Assembly (NCBI RefSeq): GCF_000284455.1
Contig: NC_017039.1
Span: 630,001 to 662,000 of the forward strand
Source: Synechocystis sp. PCC 6803 substr. PCC-P
Lineage (GTDB): Bacteria; Cyanobacteriota; Cyanobacteriia; Cyanobacteriales; Microcystaceae
Length of the DNA: 32,000 nucleotides
Reading direction: 5' to 3'
The notes under the pieces: generated by a model
The model's input: only the letters and a program-made list of their open reading frames with translations
Database searches by the model: none
Told to the model about the DNA's origin: nothing
Part shown: positions 1 through 9,617 of the stretch, in pieces
Numbering within the stretch: the first letter of the stretch is position 1
Layout of the letters: each line of letters begins with the position of its first letter
Translations under genes and position numbers: made by a program

Positions 1-24
1 TTCATTCCCCCAGTTCCGGATGAT

Positions 25-606
25 ATGCATCAGTTTGATAATATTGAACTGCCGCCTCAATTTGAGAAAATTTTGACTGATGTGATCAACTTTTGTGACC
101 TCAATTATAGTCTGGATAATTTGACCTACGACAAATGGCAGGCTTTAGTCCATGCCCTAGATGAGACCGGGGTTAGCCTCAATTTAGTTAATAAACACCA
201 GGAGTATCCTTTCCGGGAGATGTTTACCTTTGACTACGGAGAAATTGGCTACCGTAAAGTGTTAGCTAAATTATTACTAAAGGAAAAAGTGGAAAAACGA
301 ACAGTGGTAATTCCCCTATTTGTGATTATGTTAGCTTTCTTTTGTTCGGAACCCAATGCCAGAGTTAGTTTTCCCTACCATTTTCTCTTTACTGCCACGG
401 GGGATGCTAAGAAGCGTTCCATGGAAAAAGGTAAAATATCCTTCTTTAAGCTCTTTAATCAATTGTTGGATGAATCCTTAACCCAGGATCAACTAAGCAA
501 GTGTTTAGCTGTAATTCACAATGAAGTTTTCCAAATTCACCAAATGGAAATTGATGATTTGCTCCTCGGTTACCGGCAAAAGCACAATGCCATGAGCGGA
601 GTTTAA
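25..606 (+). CDS. Hypothetical protein, possibly 5'-truncated by the window edge
   Basis: 193-codon ORF from ATG 25. The same frame is open back to base 1 (FIPPVPDD precedes the Met), so the true start may lie upstream of the window. The region is AT-rich relative to its neighbours. I recognise no family motif. Confidence 0.45.
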   Translation: MHQFDNIELPPQFEKILTDVINFCDLNYSLDNLTYDKWQALVHALDETGVSLNLVNKHQEYPFREMFTFDYGEIGYRKVLAKLLLKEKVEKRTVVIPLFVIMLAFFCSEPNARVSFPYHFLFTATGDAKKRSMEKGKISFFKLFNQLLDESLTQDQLSKCLAVIHNEVFQIHQMEIDDLLLGYRQKHNAMSGV

Positions 607-656
607 GTTGTTTTCCGATTAAACTTGAATGTCCAACTTGTCTTAAATTGGTCTGT

Positions 657-1694
657 TTAAGTAACCGAGTCGATTTCAATGCTCCCTTTGCCGTCCTTGC
701 CATCCCCTTGGCGATCGCCGTTATTGGAGCTGTAGGGATTAGCGAATAACCTTTCCGGGTCGAGGGCATCGGGATGGGTAGAAAATTGGGGCAATACTTC
801 CCGAATGAAAGCGGCGGAAGCCTTAGAACGGTAACGGTTAGGGTTAATGATGACGGAAAGAACCCGGCGAATTTCCACATTTTTAATCGGAGCGATATGG
901 AGCACATTCATCTCCAATTCCTTTTCGATTGCCGTGGTGGAGACAAAGGCCGCCCCCAAACCAGACTGCACCGCATTTTTAATCGCCTCAATGGAGTTAA
1001 GTTCCATTTCAATTTTGAGACGCTTGGTATCAATTTCCCCCTGGCTCAACACCTTATCAATCACTTTGCGGATGGTGGACTGGGAATCGAGGCTAATAAA
1101 CTTGAGCTTGTATAAATCTTCTTTTTGGATAGTCTCTGCCTGGGCTAGGGGATGGAGCACCGGCAAAATCAAGGCCAATTCGTCTTCAGCGTAGGGCAAC
1201 ACGGTCAGAGTTTCCTGCAACTCCGCCGGTACTTCGCCGCCGATAATGGCCAAATCCACCTGGCCATTGGCCACGCCCCAAGCTGTCCTACGGGTGGAAT
1301 GGACCTGTAATTGCACCGTTACGTCAGGATATTGCTGCCGGAACATGCCGATCATCCGAGGTAGGAGGTAGGTGCCCGTAGTTTGGGAAGCCCCCACAAT
1401 CAGGGTGCCTCCTTGTAAATTCTGTAAATCTTCGATCGCCCGACAGGTTTCTTGGCAGAGGGTAATAATCTTTTCGCCGTAATTGAGGAGCAAATGCCCT
1501 GCCTCCGTCAACTGGGCCTTGCGTCCTCCCCGGTCGAATAGGGGCACACTCAACTGTTTTTCCAGGTTTTGCACCTGCAAACTAACCGCCGGTTGGGAAA
1601 CGTACAATGTGTCTGCCGCCCGTTTAAAACTGCCTTCCGAGGCGATCGCCTTGAGGATGCGAAGTTGATCCAGCGTGAACGGGATATCCGACAT
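657..1694 (-). CDS. rbcR: LysR-type transcriptional regulator, RbcR/Ycf30-like
   Basis: N-terminal LysR helix-turn-helix ([41 protein letters not shown]) followed by a LysR substrate-binding domain. The ORF-track start at 1706 is a TTG; the in-frame ATG at 1694 (MSDIPFT...) gives 345 aa. From memory this matches sll0998 (rbcR) of Synechocystis 6803. Confidence 0.85.
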   Translation of the reverse strand: MSDIPFTLDQLRILKAIASEGSFKRAADTLYVSQPAVSLQVQNLEKQLSVPLFDRGGRKAQLTEAGHLLLNYGEKIITLCQETCRAIEDLQNLQGGTLIVGASQTTGTYLLPRMIGMFRQQYPDVTVQLQVHSTRRTAWGVANGQVDLAIIGGEVPAELQETLTVLPYAEDELALILPVLHPLAQAETIQKEDLYKLKFISLDSQSTIRKVIDKVLSQGEIDTKRLKIEMELNSIEAIKNAVQSGLGAAFVSTTAIEKELEMNVLHIAPIKNVEIRRVLSVIINPNRYRSKASAAFIREVLPQFSTHPDALDPERLFANPYSSNNGDRQGDGKDGKGSIEIDSVT

Positions 1695-1861
1695 AGATCC
1701 AGCCAAACGATGAACAAGACAGGGACAGCCCTATTGCACTGACAGTACCACAATTAGAGCCTTTGCAACGGTATCGCCCAGGGTCTAATTCGTTAATGGG
1801 AACCTAGTTAATATCAGGACTGATCCCGCTTAAAAAAAAGTTAATCTACTATGGTCGACGC

Positions 1862-1890
1862 AAAAAAGAGGGCAGTTGATTCACTCCCTC
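1862..1890 (-). terminator. Candidate rho-independent terminator of gifA
   Basis: On the minus strand the sequence reads GAGGGAGT-gaatca-ACTgCCCTC followed by TTTTTT. That is an 8-bp stem with one bulged G, a 6-nt loop and a U-tract. It lies about 107 nt downstream of the gifA stop codon. Confidence 0.45.
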
Positions 1891-1997
1891 CCTTTGCAAA
1901 ATCCACCAAATGGTGGTTATTAGCTTATTTTTGCTACTCCGCCGACCCCAGCTGGGCGCTAAAGCCTTCAGCATTAAACACCCTGGTCAAAGTGAAA

Positions 1998-2195
1998 CTA
2001 GCTCAGGGAAGCATTACTGCGGTCATAGGTTGTGCGGAAACTGGATTGAGGTTTGCCCTGCACAGTGGTCCAAAAATCCTTTTCTGCTTCCACGCCAATC
2101 TCAGCGGCAGCGCGGGACAACATGGATTGTTGACGGTTTTTGATGAATTGGTGGTGGCGCATCATGAGAGCGCGAGCCTGTTGTTGAGTAGACAT
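1998..2195 (-). CDS. gifA: Glutamine synthetase inactivating factor IF7
   Basis: The 65-aa product MSTQQQARALMMRHHQFIKNRQQSMLSRAAAEIGVEAEKDFWTTVQGKPQSSFRTTYDRSNASLS matches my recollection of Synechocystis IF7 (ssl1911): 65 aa, basic and disordered. A perfect NtcA box upstream and a terminator downstream support a real small gene. Confidence 0.8.
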   Translation of the reverse strand: MSTQQQARALMMRHHQFIKNRQQSMLSRAAAEIGVEAEKDFWTTVQGKPQSSFRTTYDRSNASLS

Positions 2196-2252
2196 AGTTA
2201 ATACCTCTTGACGATTGCTGAAAAAAGTTTTGGTTAATTACCCTCTTTAATA

Positions 2253-2283
2253 TTTATAGCACAAATTCTGTAACATTTTATAC
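2253..2283 (-). promoter_or_regulatory. gifA promoter with NtcA operator
   Basis: A perfect palindromic NtcA consensus GTA-N8-TAC (GTAACATTTTATAC) lies at 2270..2283. On the minus strand a TATAAA hexamer (2253..2258) follows 11 nt downstream. The box therefore occupies the -35 position rather than the -41.5 activator position, which fits the published NtcA repression of gifA. Confidence 0.6.
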
Positions 2284-2338
2284 AGAAACAAAAATTTACA
2301 TCCCCTTCTTCCCTGTGTTCAATTCCCCAGTTAGACCT

Positions 2339-3259
2339 ATGCGCTATGGCTTCTATACCCTTGACGTGTTCACTGACCAACTTTTTGGCGGTAATCCCCT
2401 GGCGGTTTTTCCCGATGCTGAGGGTTTGACCGATGGACAAATGCAAAAAATTGCAGCGGAAATCAATTATTCCGAAACGGTGTTTGTTTTGCCCCCAGTG
2501 ACGGAAACGGGGAATTTTCGCCTAAGAATTTTTACCCCCAAAAGGGAATTGGATTTTGCAGGGCATCCCACCATTGGGACCACCTATCTGTTGGGTTTGC
2601 TCCAGCCCCCCAGCCCTTTAGTTACCACCACTTGGCAGTTGGAAGAGCCGGTGGGCCTAGTGCCCGTTACCCTCCACTACAAGCAAGGACAACTGGTGCA
2701 AACAGAATTAACCGTGGCCCAGCTTCCCCAAACCAAGGATTCTGCCCCATCTTGTGAAGATTTGGCCTTGCTTTTGGGATTATCCATTGATCAGCTACAG
2801 CAAGGAGAATATGAACCCCAAGCCTATTCCTGTGGATTGCCCTTTTTATTTATTCCACTGATAAATGAGGAGGCGTTAAATCGGATTAGTTTTAATCCAT
2901 CGGTTTGGCAAAATCTCTTGGCGGGTCAATGGGCCGATTGCGTTTACTGCCTGGCCCCAGGAGATCCTTCACTGGGTTTGTCCGATAACAAGTTGATCCA
3001 TGGGCGGATGTTTGCCCCTGGTTTGGGCATTGCGGAAGATCCGGCCACTGGCTCCGGGGTAGCGGCATTGGGAGGTTATTTAGACGATCGCCTAGACACT
3101 CCAGGCTCACACCATTGGCAAATTGAACAGGGCAAAGCCTTGGGAAGGCCCAGCCAATTACAGTTAACTGTGGTAAAAGACGGTCAGGGGATTAGGGCAG
3201 TGAAAGTGGCCGGGCGATCCGTTTTAGTCTCGGAGGGCTTCATGAACCTGGGGAATTAG
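2339..3259 (+). CDS. PhzF-family (phenazine biosynthesis-like) isomerase/epimerase-fold protein
   Basis: The N-terminus [50 protein letters not shown] is the typical PhzF signature. The C-terminal half carries EDPATGSG. The ORF-track start 2315 is a GTG; I prefer the ATG at 2339. Confidence 0.85.
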
Positions 3260-3405
3260 AAACAAATTGCAGAATTATCACCCCCTGGGGGCAGAAATTT
3301 TTCTTCTTCCCCGACCCCAAACTGCGGTGAAAATGGGATTTGACCATTGCTTGTGTACACAACGAGGAAAAATTGAGGGGATTGTGATAGGATGGTTGGT
3401 CGGAC

Positions 3406-3486
3406 GCGGACGTGGCGGAATTGGTAGACGCGCTAGATTTAGGTTCTAGTGTCTTTGGCGTGGGAGTTCGAGTCTCCCCGTCCGCA
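3406..3486 (+). tRNA. tRNA-Leu (anticodon UAG), class II with long variable arm, no encoded CCA
   Basis: Manual fold: acceptor GCGGACG/CGTCCGC; D-arm GCG-GAATTGGTAGA-CGC; anticodon stem CTAGA/TCTAG with loop TTTAGGT (anticodon TAG); 12-nt variable arm; T-arm GGGAG-TTCGAGT-CTCCC; discriminator A. Confidence 0.9.
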
Positions 3487-3890
3487 TTAAGGGAACAAAA
3501 CTTCTATTGTTCTTAGCCAAGACGGCTTTCTTTAAGATCTCTAGTACGGGCGAAGCGGTTTGTGCTGAAGCTAATGATTCGTGACTTGATCCTTAGAATC
3601 TCGGGGAAATATAAATAGTCGTCCATCCTGAAACAGGCTTTAAAAACTAAGTGACGTTCAGTGCAATCTTAACAACATGAGGTTAATAATTCAGCCGTTA
3701 TGCTACTTCAATTTACCAAAGCCCTGAATGGCGGTAATTTATACCCCCCAGTTATTAAGAAGCTTTCATTGTTTATTTAACAAATTTAAGAAGGTATTAA
3801 TGTCTTTAGAAGACCTTATTTTTGTCCCAATTATTTTACCCTGCAACCTACAATGATAAAAGAGCAATACTTCTGTGAAAATTACGATAA

Positions 3891-4910
3891 TTAAAGAGTG
3901 TTATTTTCAGCCTCAAATTTCGCCTCGATATAGCCAGCTTCTACCAAAAAAGCCCTCAGAGCATCGGGATAGGAGTCGTATTTAACCTCGTTTAAACAGT
4001 TACTTTGGTCATCATATTCCAAACAATTAGTTAGCCCCCAATCAGACTCCCGGTCGTAATATTTGAGCATGGTCTGCCAGCCCTCATCCAATTCACCAAT
4101 TAGGGCTTTATTAGCGACATAGGCGGCGAGAAAACCGTTCTTTTCCGAATCCTGGGCTACAATTTCTGGCAGATCTTTTTCCATAGATTGAGCATTTTCT
4201 CGATGGATAAATTGGAAGCTAGGCTCAAAGGACACATCCACTACTTGACCATTTTGCAGAGCCCAAATCTGGGCTGGGGCCGCACTACCGGCATAGGAGG
4301 AAAAGAGATAAAGGAAACGATTATCTACCTCTACATACTCATCCCAACCATCATTATTTAGATCTTCCGCCGGATGGGGGCCACCATTAAAAAAGCCGAA
4401 GTCCCGTACAGACCAATCACTCCCATTTTGATTACTGGTAAAGACTTTGACCTCGTTGCAACAATGGGCACCGCCGGTATAGGTAGCAAAAAGCACTGCT
4501 GGATAAGGATTATCCCGATCCATATCAGTAATCTGCAGCAAAGCGATGGGCATGGGGGACTCTGACCCTTCTAGAGTGGCTACAATTTTGTTTTTAAATT
4601 TAACGGTGACGGTGGGAAACCAACTTTCATAGCCATCATGTTTTTCTTGGCGATAGCTGATGCTGGCACTCACATCGCCTTTTTCTACTTTTCCGTTTAA
4701 TTTTGGTTCGTCGCTATTAGGATCAAAGGTCTCAAAAGTATATGTGTCTGAGTTTTGAGCCAGTTGCACTTCTTGGCGATCGCCATTCACCTGTTGATTC
4801 TGCTCTACTGCTGGAGGGAAGGAGGGAGTAATGGCACAAGCAGATAGGGGCCAAACCGAGGCTAGGGCCAACCCCAGCAGACCAATGTGAAAACTCTGAT
4901 ATGGAGCCAT
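3891..4910 (-). CDS. Hypothetical lipoprotein / secreted protein
   Basis: I prefer the start at ATG 4910, which has a GGAG 9 nt upstream. It gives MAPYQSFHIGLLGLALASVWPLSAC, a signal peptide with lipobox LSAC. The protein contains a DLNNDGWDE loop resembling a DxNxDGxxD calcium-binding (FG-GAP-like) motif. No confident family assignment. Confidence 0.6.
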   Translation of the reverse strand: MAPYQSFHIGLLGLALASVWPLSACAITPSFPPAVEQNQQVNGDRQEVQLAQNSDTYTFETFDPNSDEPKLNGKVEKGDVSASISYRQEKHDGYESWFPTVTVKFKNKIVATLEGSESPMPIALLQITDMDRDNPYPAVLFATYTGGAHCCNEVKVFTSNQNGSDWSVRDFGFFNGGPHPAEDLNNDGWDEYVEVDNRFLYLFSSYAGSAAPAQIWALQNGQVVDVSFEPSFQFIHRENAQSMEKDLPEIVAQDSEKNGFLAAYVANKALIGELDEGWQTMLKYYDRESDWGLTNCLEYDDQSNCLNEVKYDSYPDALRAFLVEAGYIEAKFEAENNTL

Positions 4911-4993
4911 GACTATCATCTCCCCCAAATTAGACCGTTGATTTTTCCAATCTCCATTGTGGCAGGAATTTTTCGGGGCCATAACTTTTTTGC

Positions 4994-6349
4994 CTAGGCA
5001 GTAACTAAACTTAAAGCTTCCCCGGTGAGGCTAAAGGCCCGGGCTTCGGTAATTTTTACCGGCACTGTTTTACCCAATAGTTCGCTAATCTCTCCTTGGA
5101 AAAAAGTTAAGCGGTTGCCCCTGGTGCGTCCCATCACCTGCCCTGGGCTCTTAAGGTTTTCCCCTTCCACCAGCACTTCTTCCACCCGACCGAGGTAACG
5201 TTGGGAGCGTTCCATGGCCTGGGTGGAAACTAGATGATTTAATCTTTGCAGGCGATCGCCTTTGACTTCTTCGGAAAGTTGATTGTCCCAGAAGGCCGCG
5301 GGGGTGCCGGGACGGGGAGAATAGGCAGCGGTGTTGAGTAGGTCAAAACCAACCTCTTCAATTAGGTTGAGGGTATTTTCAAACTGGGCTTCCGTTTCCC
5401 CTGGGAAACCAACAATCACATCGGCACTGATGGCCGCATCGGGCATATAGCGACGGATTTTTTCAATGATCTGTAAATATTTTTCCCTGGTGTAGCCCCG
5501 TTTCATTGCTTTAAGAATGTCGTTATCCCCCGATTGGAAAGGAATATGGAAATGTTCACAAACCTTGGGCAATTCTTGGCAGGCTTGAATTAACCGTTCG
5601 GTGAAATAACGGGGATGGCTAGTGGCAAACCGCAGGCGATCAATCCCCTCAATATCATGGACGTGGTAGAGCAAATCCGTCAGGGTATGGAGATGGCGAC
5701 CCGATGGAGTGGTGCCTGGTAGATCCCGGCCGTAGGCATCAATGTTTTGCCCCAGTAGTGTGACCTCTTTAAATCCTTGTTGGGCCAGGACTTCCATTTC
5801 TCCATAAATGGCTTCTGGAGTACGGGATTGTTCTACCCCCCGCACATTGGGCACCACACAATAACTACAACGTTCATTACAACCGTAGATAATATTCACC
5901 CAGGCACTGACGGTGCTTTCCCGCCGGGGTTTGGTGATGTCTTCCATAATGTGCAGACTCTCCGTCGCCACCACCTGACTACCAGCCCACACCTGTTCTA
6001 GTAACTGATCTAGCCGATTCGCATGTTGAGGCCCCATCACCAGGTCCAACTCTGGCACCCGGCGCAATAATTGCTCCCCTTCCTGTTGGGCCACACAGCC
6101 CGCCACCACCAGAGTTAATTCCGGTTCTACTTGTTTCCTTTTGGCTTGACGACCAAGGTATGAGTAGACTTTTTGCTCAGCGTTGTCCCGAATAGAACAG
6201 GTATTGTAGAGGACTAAATCCGCCTGGTTGGGGTCATCGGTGTAGGTCATGCCCAAATTTTCCAGAATGCCGGCCATCCTTTCCGAGTCCGCCTTATTCA
6301 TCTGGCAGCCAAAGGTAATAATGTGGTAGCGACGGTGGGAAACATTCAT
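4994..6349 (-). CDS. miaB: tRNA-2-methylthio-N6-dimethylallyladenosine synthase (radical SAM methylthiotransferase MiaB)
   Basis: UPF0004 N-terminal domain ([16 protein letters not shown]), radical SAM CX3CX2C motif (GCNERCSYC) and a C-terminal TRAM domain. I prefer the start at ATG 6349 ([10 protein letters not shown]...) over the extended ORF-track start at 6424. Confidence 0.9.
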   Translation of the reverse strand: MNVSHRRYHIITFGCQMNKADSERMAGILENLGMTYTDDPNQADLVLYNTCSIRDNAEQKVYSYLGRQAKRKQVEPELTLVVAGCVAQQEGEQLLRRVPELDLVMGPQHANRLDQLLEQVWAGSQVVATESLHIMEDITKPRRESTVSAWVNIIYGCNERCSYCVVPNVRGVEQSRTPEAIYGEMEVLAQQGFKEVTLLGQNIDAYGRDLPGTTPSGRHLHTLTDLLYHVHDIEGIDRLRFATSHPRYFTERLIQACQELPKVCEHFHIPFQSGDNDILKAMKRGYTREKYLQIIEKIRRYMPDAAISADVIVGFPGETEAQFENTLNLIEEVGFDLLNTAAYSPRPGTPAAFWDNQLSEEVKGDRLQRLNHLVSTQAMERSQRYLGRVEEVLVEGENLKSPGQVMGRTRGNRLTFFQGEISELLGKTVPVKITEARAFSLTGEALSLVTA

Positions 6350-6371
6350 GGGAAATAGGGCGAAGCAATGA

Positions 6372-7625
<1,254 letters not shown>

Positions 7626-7641
7626 GTTCTGATGAAGGTTA

Positions 7642-7672
7642 CCCTCACTAGTTTGGTGGGGGTTTTCTTTTT
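7642..7672 (+). terminator. Candidate rho-independent terminator after sqdB
   Basis: CCCTCAC-tagtttg-GTGGGGG forms a 7-bp stem including one G-U pair. It is followed immediately by TTTTCTTTTT and begins 17 nt after the sqdB stop. Confidence 0.5.
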
Positions 7673-7767
7673 CCAATTCTGGTGGGGAAGAGTTTTTCTT
7701 AACCCACATTGCTCTAGACGGAATTCTGGTTAATTTTTAGATTTTTTATTTTTCATTGGCAAAAATT

Positions 7768-8058
7768 ATGGCTGATCCCCTCACCCCTGCTATCAGTGAC
7801 CGCATTTGTAAACACATGAACGAAGACCATGCCTCGGCGATCGCCCTTTATGCCCAGGTTTTTGGTCAACAAACCGATGTAACCATGGCCCAGATGCAGG
7901 CCATCGATCCCACGGGTATGGATTTAGTGGTGGAAAGTGAGGGTGGCTCAAAAACTATCCGCATTGAATTCGAGCAACCCCTGAAGGATTCTGAAGATGC
8001 CCACCAAGTATTGATTGCCATGGCTAAGCAGGCCCGGAGTGTTGGTAAAAATAGCTAA
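7768..8058 (+). CDS. DUF2470-domain protein (heme-utilisation / GluTR-binding-protein-like small protein)
   Basis: The product MADPLTPAISDRICKHMNEDHASAIALYAQVFG resembles the DUF2470 signature (xxIxxHMNxDHxxxxxxY). The ORF-track start 7756 is a TTG; I prefer the ATG at 7768. Confidence 0.6.
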   Translation: MADPLTPAISDRICKHMNEDHASAIALYAQVFGQQTDVTMAQMQAIDPTGMDLVVESEGGSKTIRIEFEQPLKDSEDAHQVLIAMAKQARSVGKNS

Positions 8059-8094
8059 TTTGCTCCATGGATTCTGCCGCTACCTGGACAACCG

Positions 8095-8790
8095 TTAAAC
8101 GTCAATGCCGGCCTCCGCTAACAATGCCTTGAGGCGATCGTTTTCTGCTTCCGCTAATTCGGCCCGGAGTTTTTCCCGCTCAGCCCGTTGAGCCTCTTCG
8201 TTGGCCCGTTGGGATGCTTGTTCAGCCTGGGTTGCTAATGCCACGGTGGAGAGAAAAGGTCGCCCGTCAGGATAATAAACCCGCAAAGTCTCAGCGCTCA
8301 GCTCAAATTTTATGCCCAACAAAGGACTAACCCAATGGGCCATCTCCTCGATGATGGTCAACTCTCCGCCAATTCGTTGCAACCCAGTTAGCTCATTGTC
8401 ATCTGGATCATAAACATAGTACTCTTCTACGCCGTGATGGTCATAGAACTTCAACTTTTTGGTCATTTCCTTGAGGGTGTTGCCAGGGGATAAAATTTCA
8501 AACACCACTTGGGGCGCTTGGTTATTTTCCTGCCACTGGCGGTAGGAACCCCGTTTTCCCTTGGGTCTGCCCAAAGCCACCATTACGTCCGGTGCCACGC
8601 GAATTTCTGGATGCCCTTCCACGGGATACCACAACAGGTCTCCCCCGACAAATACGTCTGGGTTGTGGGCGAAGAGGCATTCCAAATTTTCTTTCAGGAG
8701 GACAATCCATTCAAATTGTTCTGTGTTGTCGGCCATGGGCTGTCCATCGCTGTCGGGGTAAATGATTTCTCGGTCGAGGGCTACGGTCAT
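8095..8790 (-). CDS. Uma2-family (DUF820) restriction-endonuclease-like protein with C-terminal coiled coil
   Basis: Typical Uma2 features are present: YPDSDGQPMADNTEQ, PDVMVALG and FEILSPGN (PD-(D/E)xK-like fold). The C-terminus is a charged heptad-like tail, EQASQRANEEAQRAEREKLRAELAEAENDRLKALLAEAG. Confidence 0.75.
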   Translation of the reverse strand: MTVALDREIIYPDSDGQPMADNTEQFEWIVLLKENLECLFAHNPDVFVGGDLLWYPVEGHPEIRVAPDVMVALGRPKGKRGSYRQWQENNQAPQVVFEILSPGNTLKEMTKKLKFYDHHGVEEYYVYDPDDNELTGLQRIGGELTIIEEMAHWVSPLLGIKFELSAETLRVYYPDGRPFLSTVALATQAEQASQRANEEAQRAEREKLRAELAEAENDRLKALLAEAGIDV

Positions 8791-8875
8791 GGGGTTAATC
8801 CTCGCAATTTTTTCTCCAGTCTAGACAATGCCTCGCATGGGTGGGACTTTGACCAACACTGAAAAGTTTGGGTCT

Positions 8876-9598
8876 TTAAGACTTTAACCATTTATCCTCG
8901 TCGGAACTGTCCTTGGCGATCGCCAGGTAGCCATAACCCTTGGGGGACTGGTCAATGATCAAAATTTCCTGATTATGGTGGGGAATGACGGTGGCCCAAT
9001 CCGGTAGGCTAACGCTGATGGTGATTAGATTTCCCGCATTGTCATAAACATGGGCTTGGCCGATGGTGCCATTGGCTAGGTAGGGCAACTTTTTCGAGGT
9101 GACAGTGCCCGTGCAACCAATGACCCGTTCTGTGCTGACATCCTGGCTAAAGGTCTTAAATAAATGGGCGATCGGACGGGAAGCAAGGCGACCAAGCCAA
9201 AGACTGATGGCCAGGGAAACCAGGAAAATTATCCCAGCCCAACCCATTAGTTCCCTAGGCATAGTCCCCGTCACCGTAGCTACAGTCACATTCAATATCC
9301 AGCCGATTACTCCCCAGAGACTAAAATCTATACCGAGGAGAATCATCAACGGAACTTTACCCAAACCGAAAAAGGAGAGTACTTGCAGGGCCATGGGCAC
9401 GGCTTCCCCCTCTTCCATGTCTCCCCCCTGGTCAAGCTCCACGTCTAAATGGGTGATGTCCACATCGGAGCTCGCTTCTAGGGACATTTCCACATCCAAA
9501 TCTTCATCCCCATCCCCAGAAATTATCATCAATCCTAGGCAGAGTATTCCCAACCCCAGCAGTAACCAGTAGGTCAAATTAGCTAAGTGGAAAAGCAT
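8876..9598 (-). CDS. YqiJ/DUF1449-like inner-membrane protein with NfeD-like C-terminal OB domain
   Basis: With the start at ATG 9598 the order is: an N-terminal TM helix (MLFHLANLTYWLLLGLGILCLGLMII), an acidic loop (DGDEDLDVE...), several further TM helices, then a soluble C-terminal beta-rich domain (VIGCTGTVTS...GQAHVYDNAGNLITISVSL...ILIID). This parallels E. coli YqiJ as I recall it. The start lies 19 nt after the stop of the upstream channel gene. Confidence 0.6.
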   Translation of the reverse strand: MLFHLANLTYWLLLGLGILCLGLMIISGDGDEDLDVEMSLEASSDVDITHLDVELDQGGDMEEGEAVPMALQVLSFFGLGKVPLMILLGIDFSLWGVIGWILNVTVATVTGTMPRELMGWAGIIFLVSLAISLWLGRLASRPIAHLFKTFSQDVSTERVIGCTGTVTSKKLPYLANGTIGQAHVYDNAGNLITISVSLPDWATVIPHHNQEILIIDQSPKGYGYLAIAKDSSDEDKWLKS

Positions 9599-9617
9599 AA
9601 TGACGGTATTCCTTATA

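Noticed and set aside
455-1194. Three listed ORFs (455..907 minus, 774..1115 plus, 847..1194 plus) overlapping the LysR regulator gene
   Set aside because: They lie antisense to, or out of frame within, a gene with clear LysR HTH and effector-domain signatures. Their translations are low-complexity and carry no motif.
1851-2201. 116-aa plus-strand ORF (and 1910..2143) across the gifA locus
   Set aside because: It is the antisense shadow of the 65-aa gifA ORF. The gifA ORF is supported by sequence recognition, an NtcA-box promoter and a terminator on the minus strand.
3267-3449. 60-aa ORF upstream of and overlapping tRNA-Leu
   Set aside because: It runs into the tRNA-Leu gene body, and its arginine/glycine-rich tail is simply the tRNA sequence translated.
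4911-4982. N-terminal extensions implied by ORF-track starts (4982, 6424, 9685, 1706, 2315, 7756, 16213, 28286)
   Set aside because: Most use TTG or GTG, or add residues ahead of a clear signal peptide or conserved N-terminus. The 9685 start would also overlap the upstream channel gene by 68 nt. I preferred internal ATG starts with better context.
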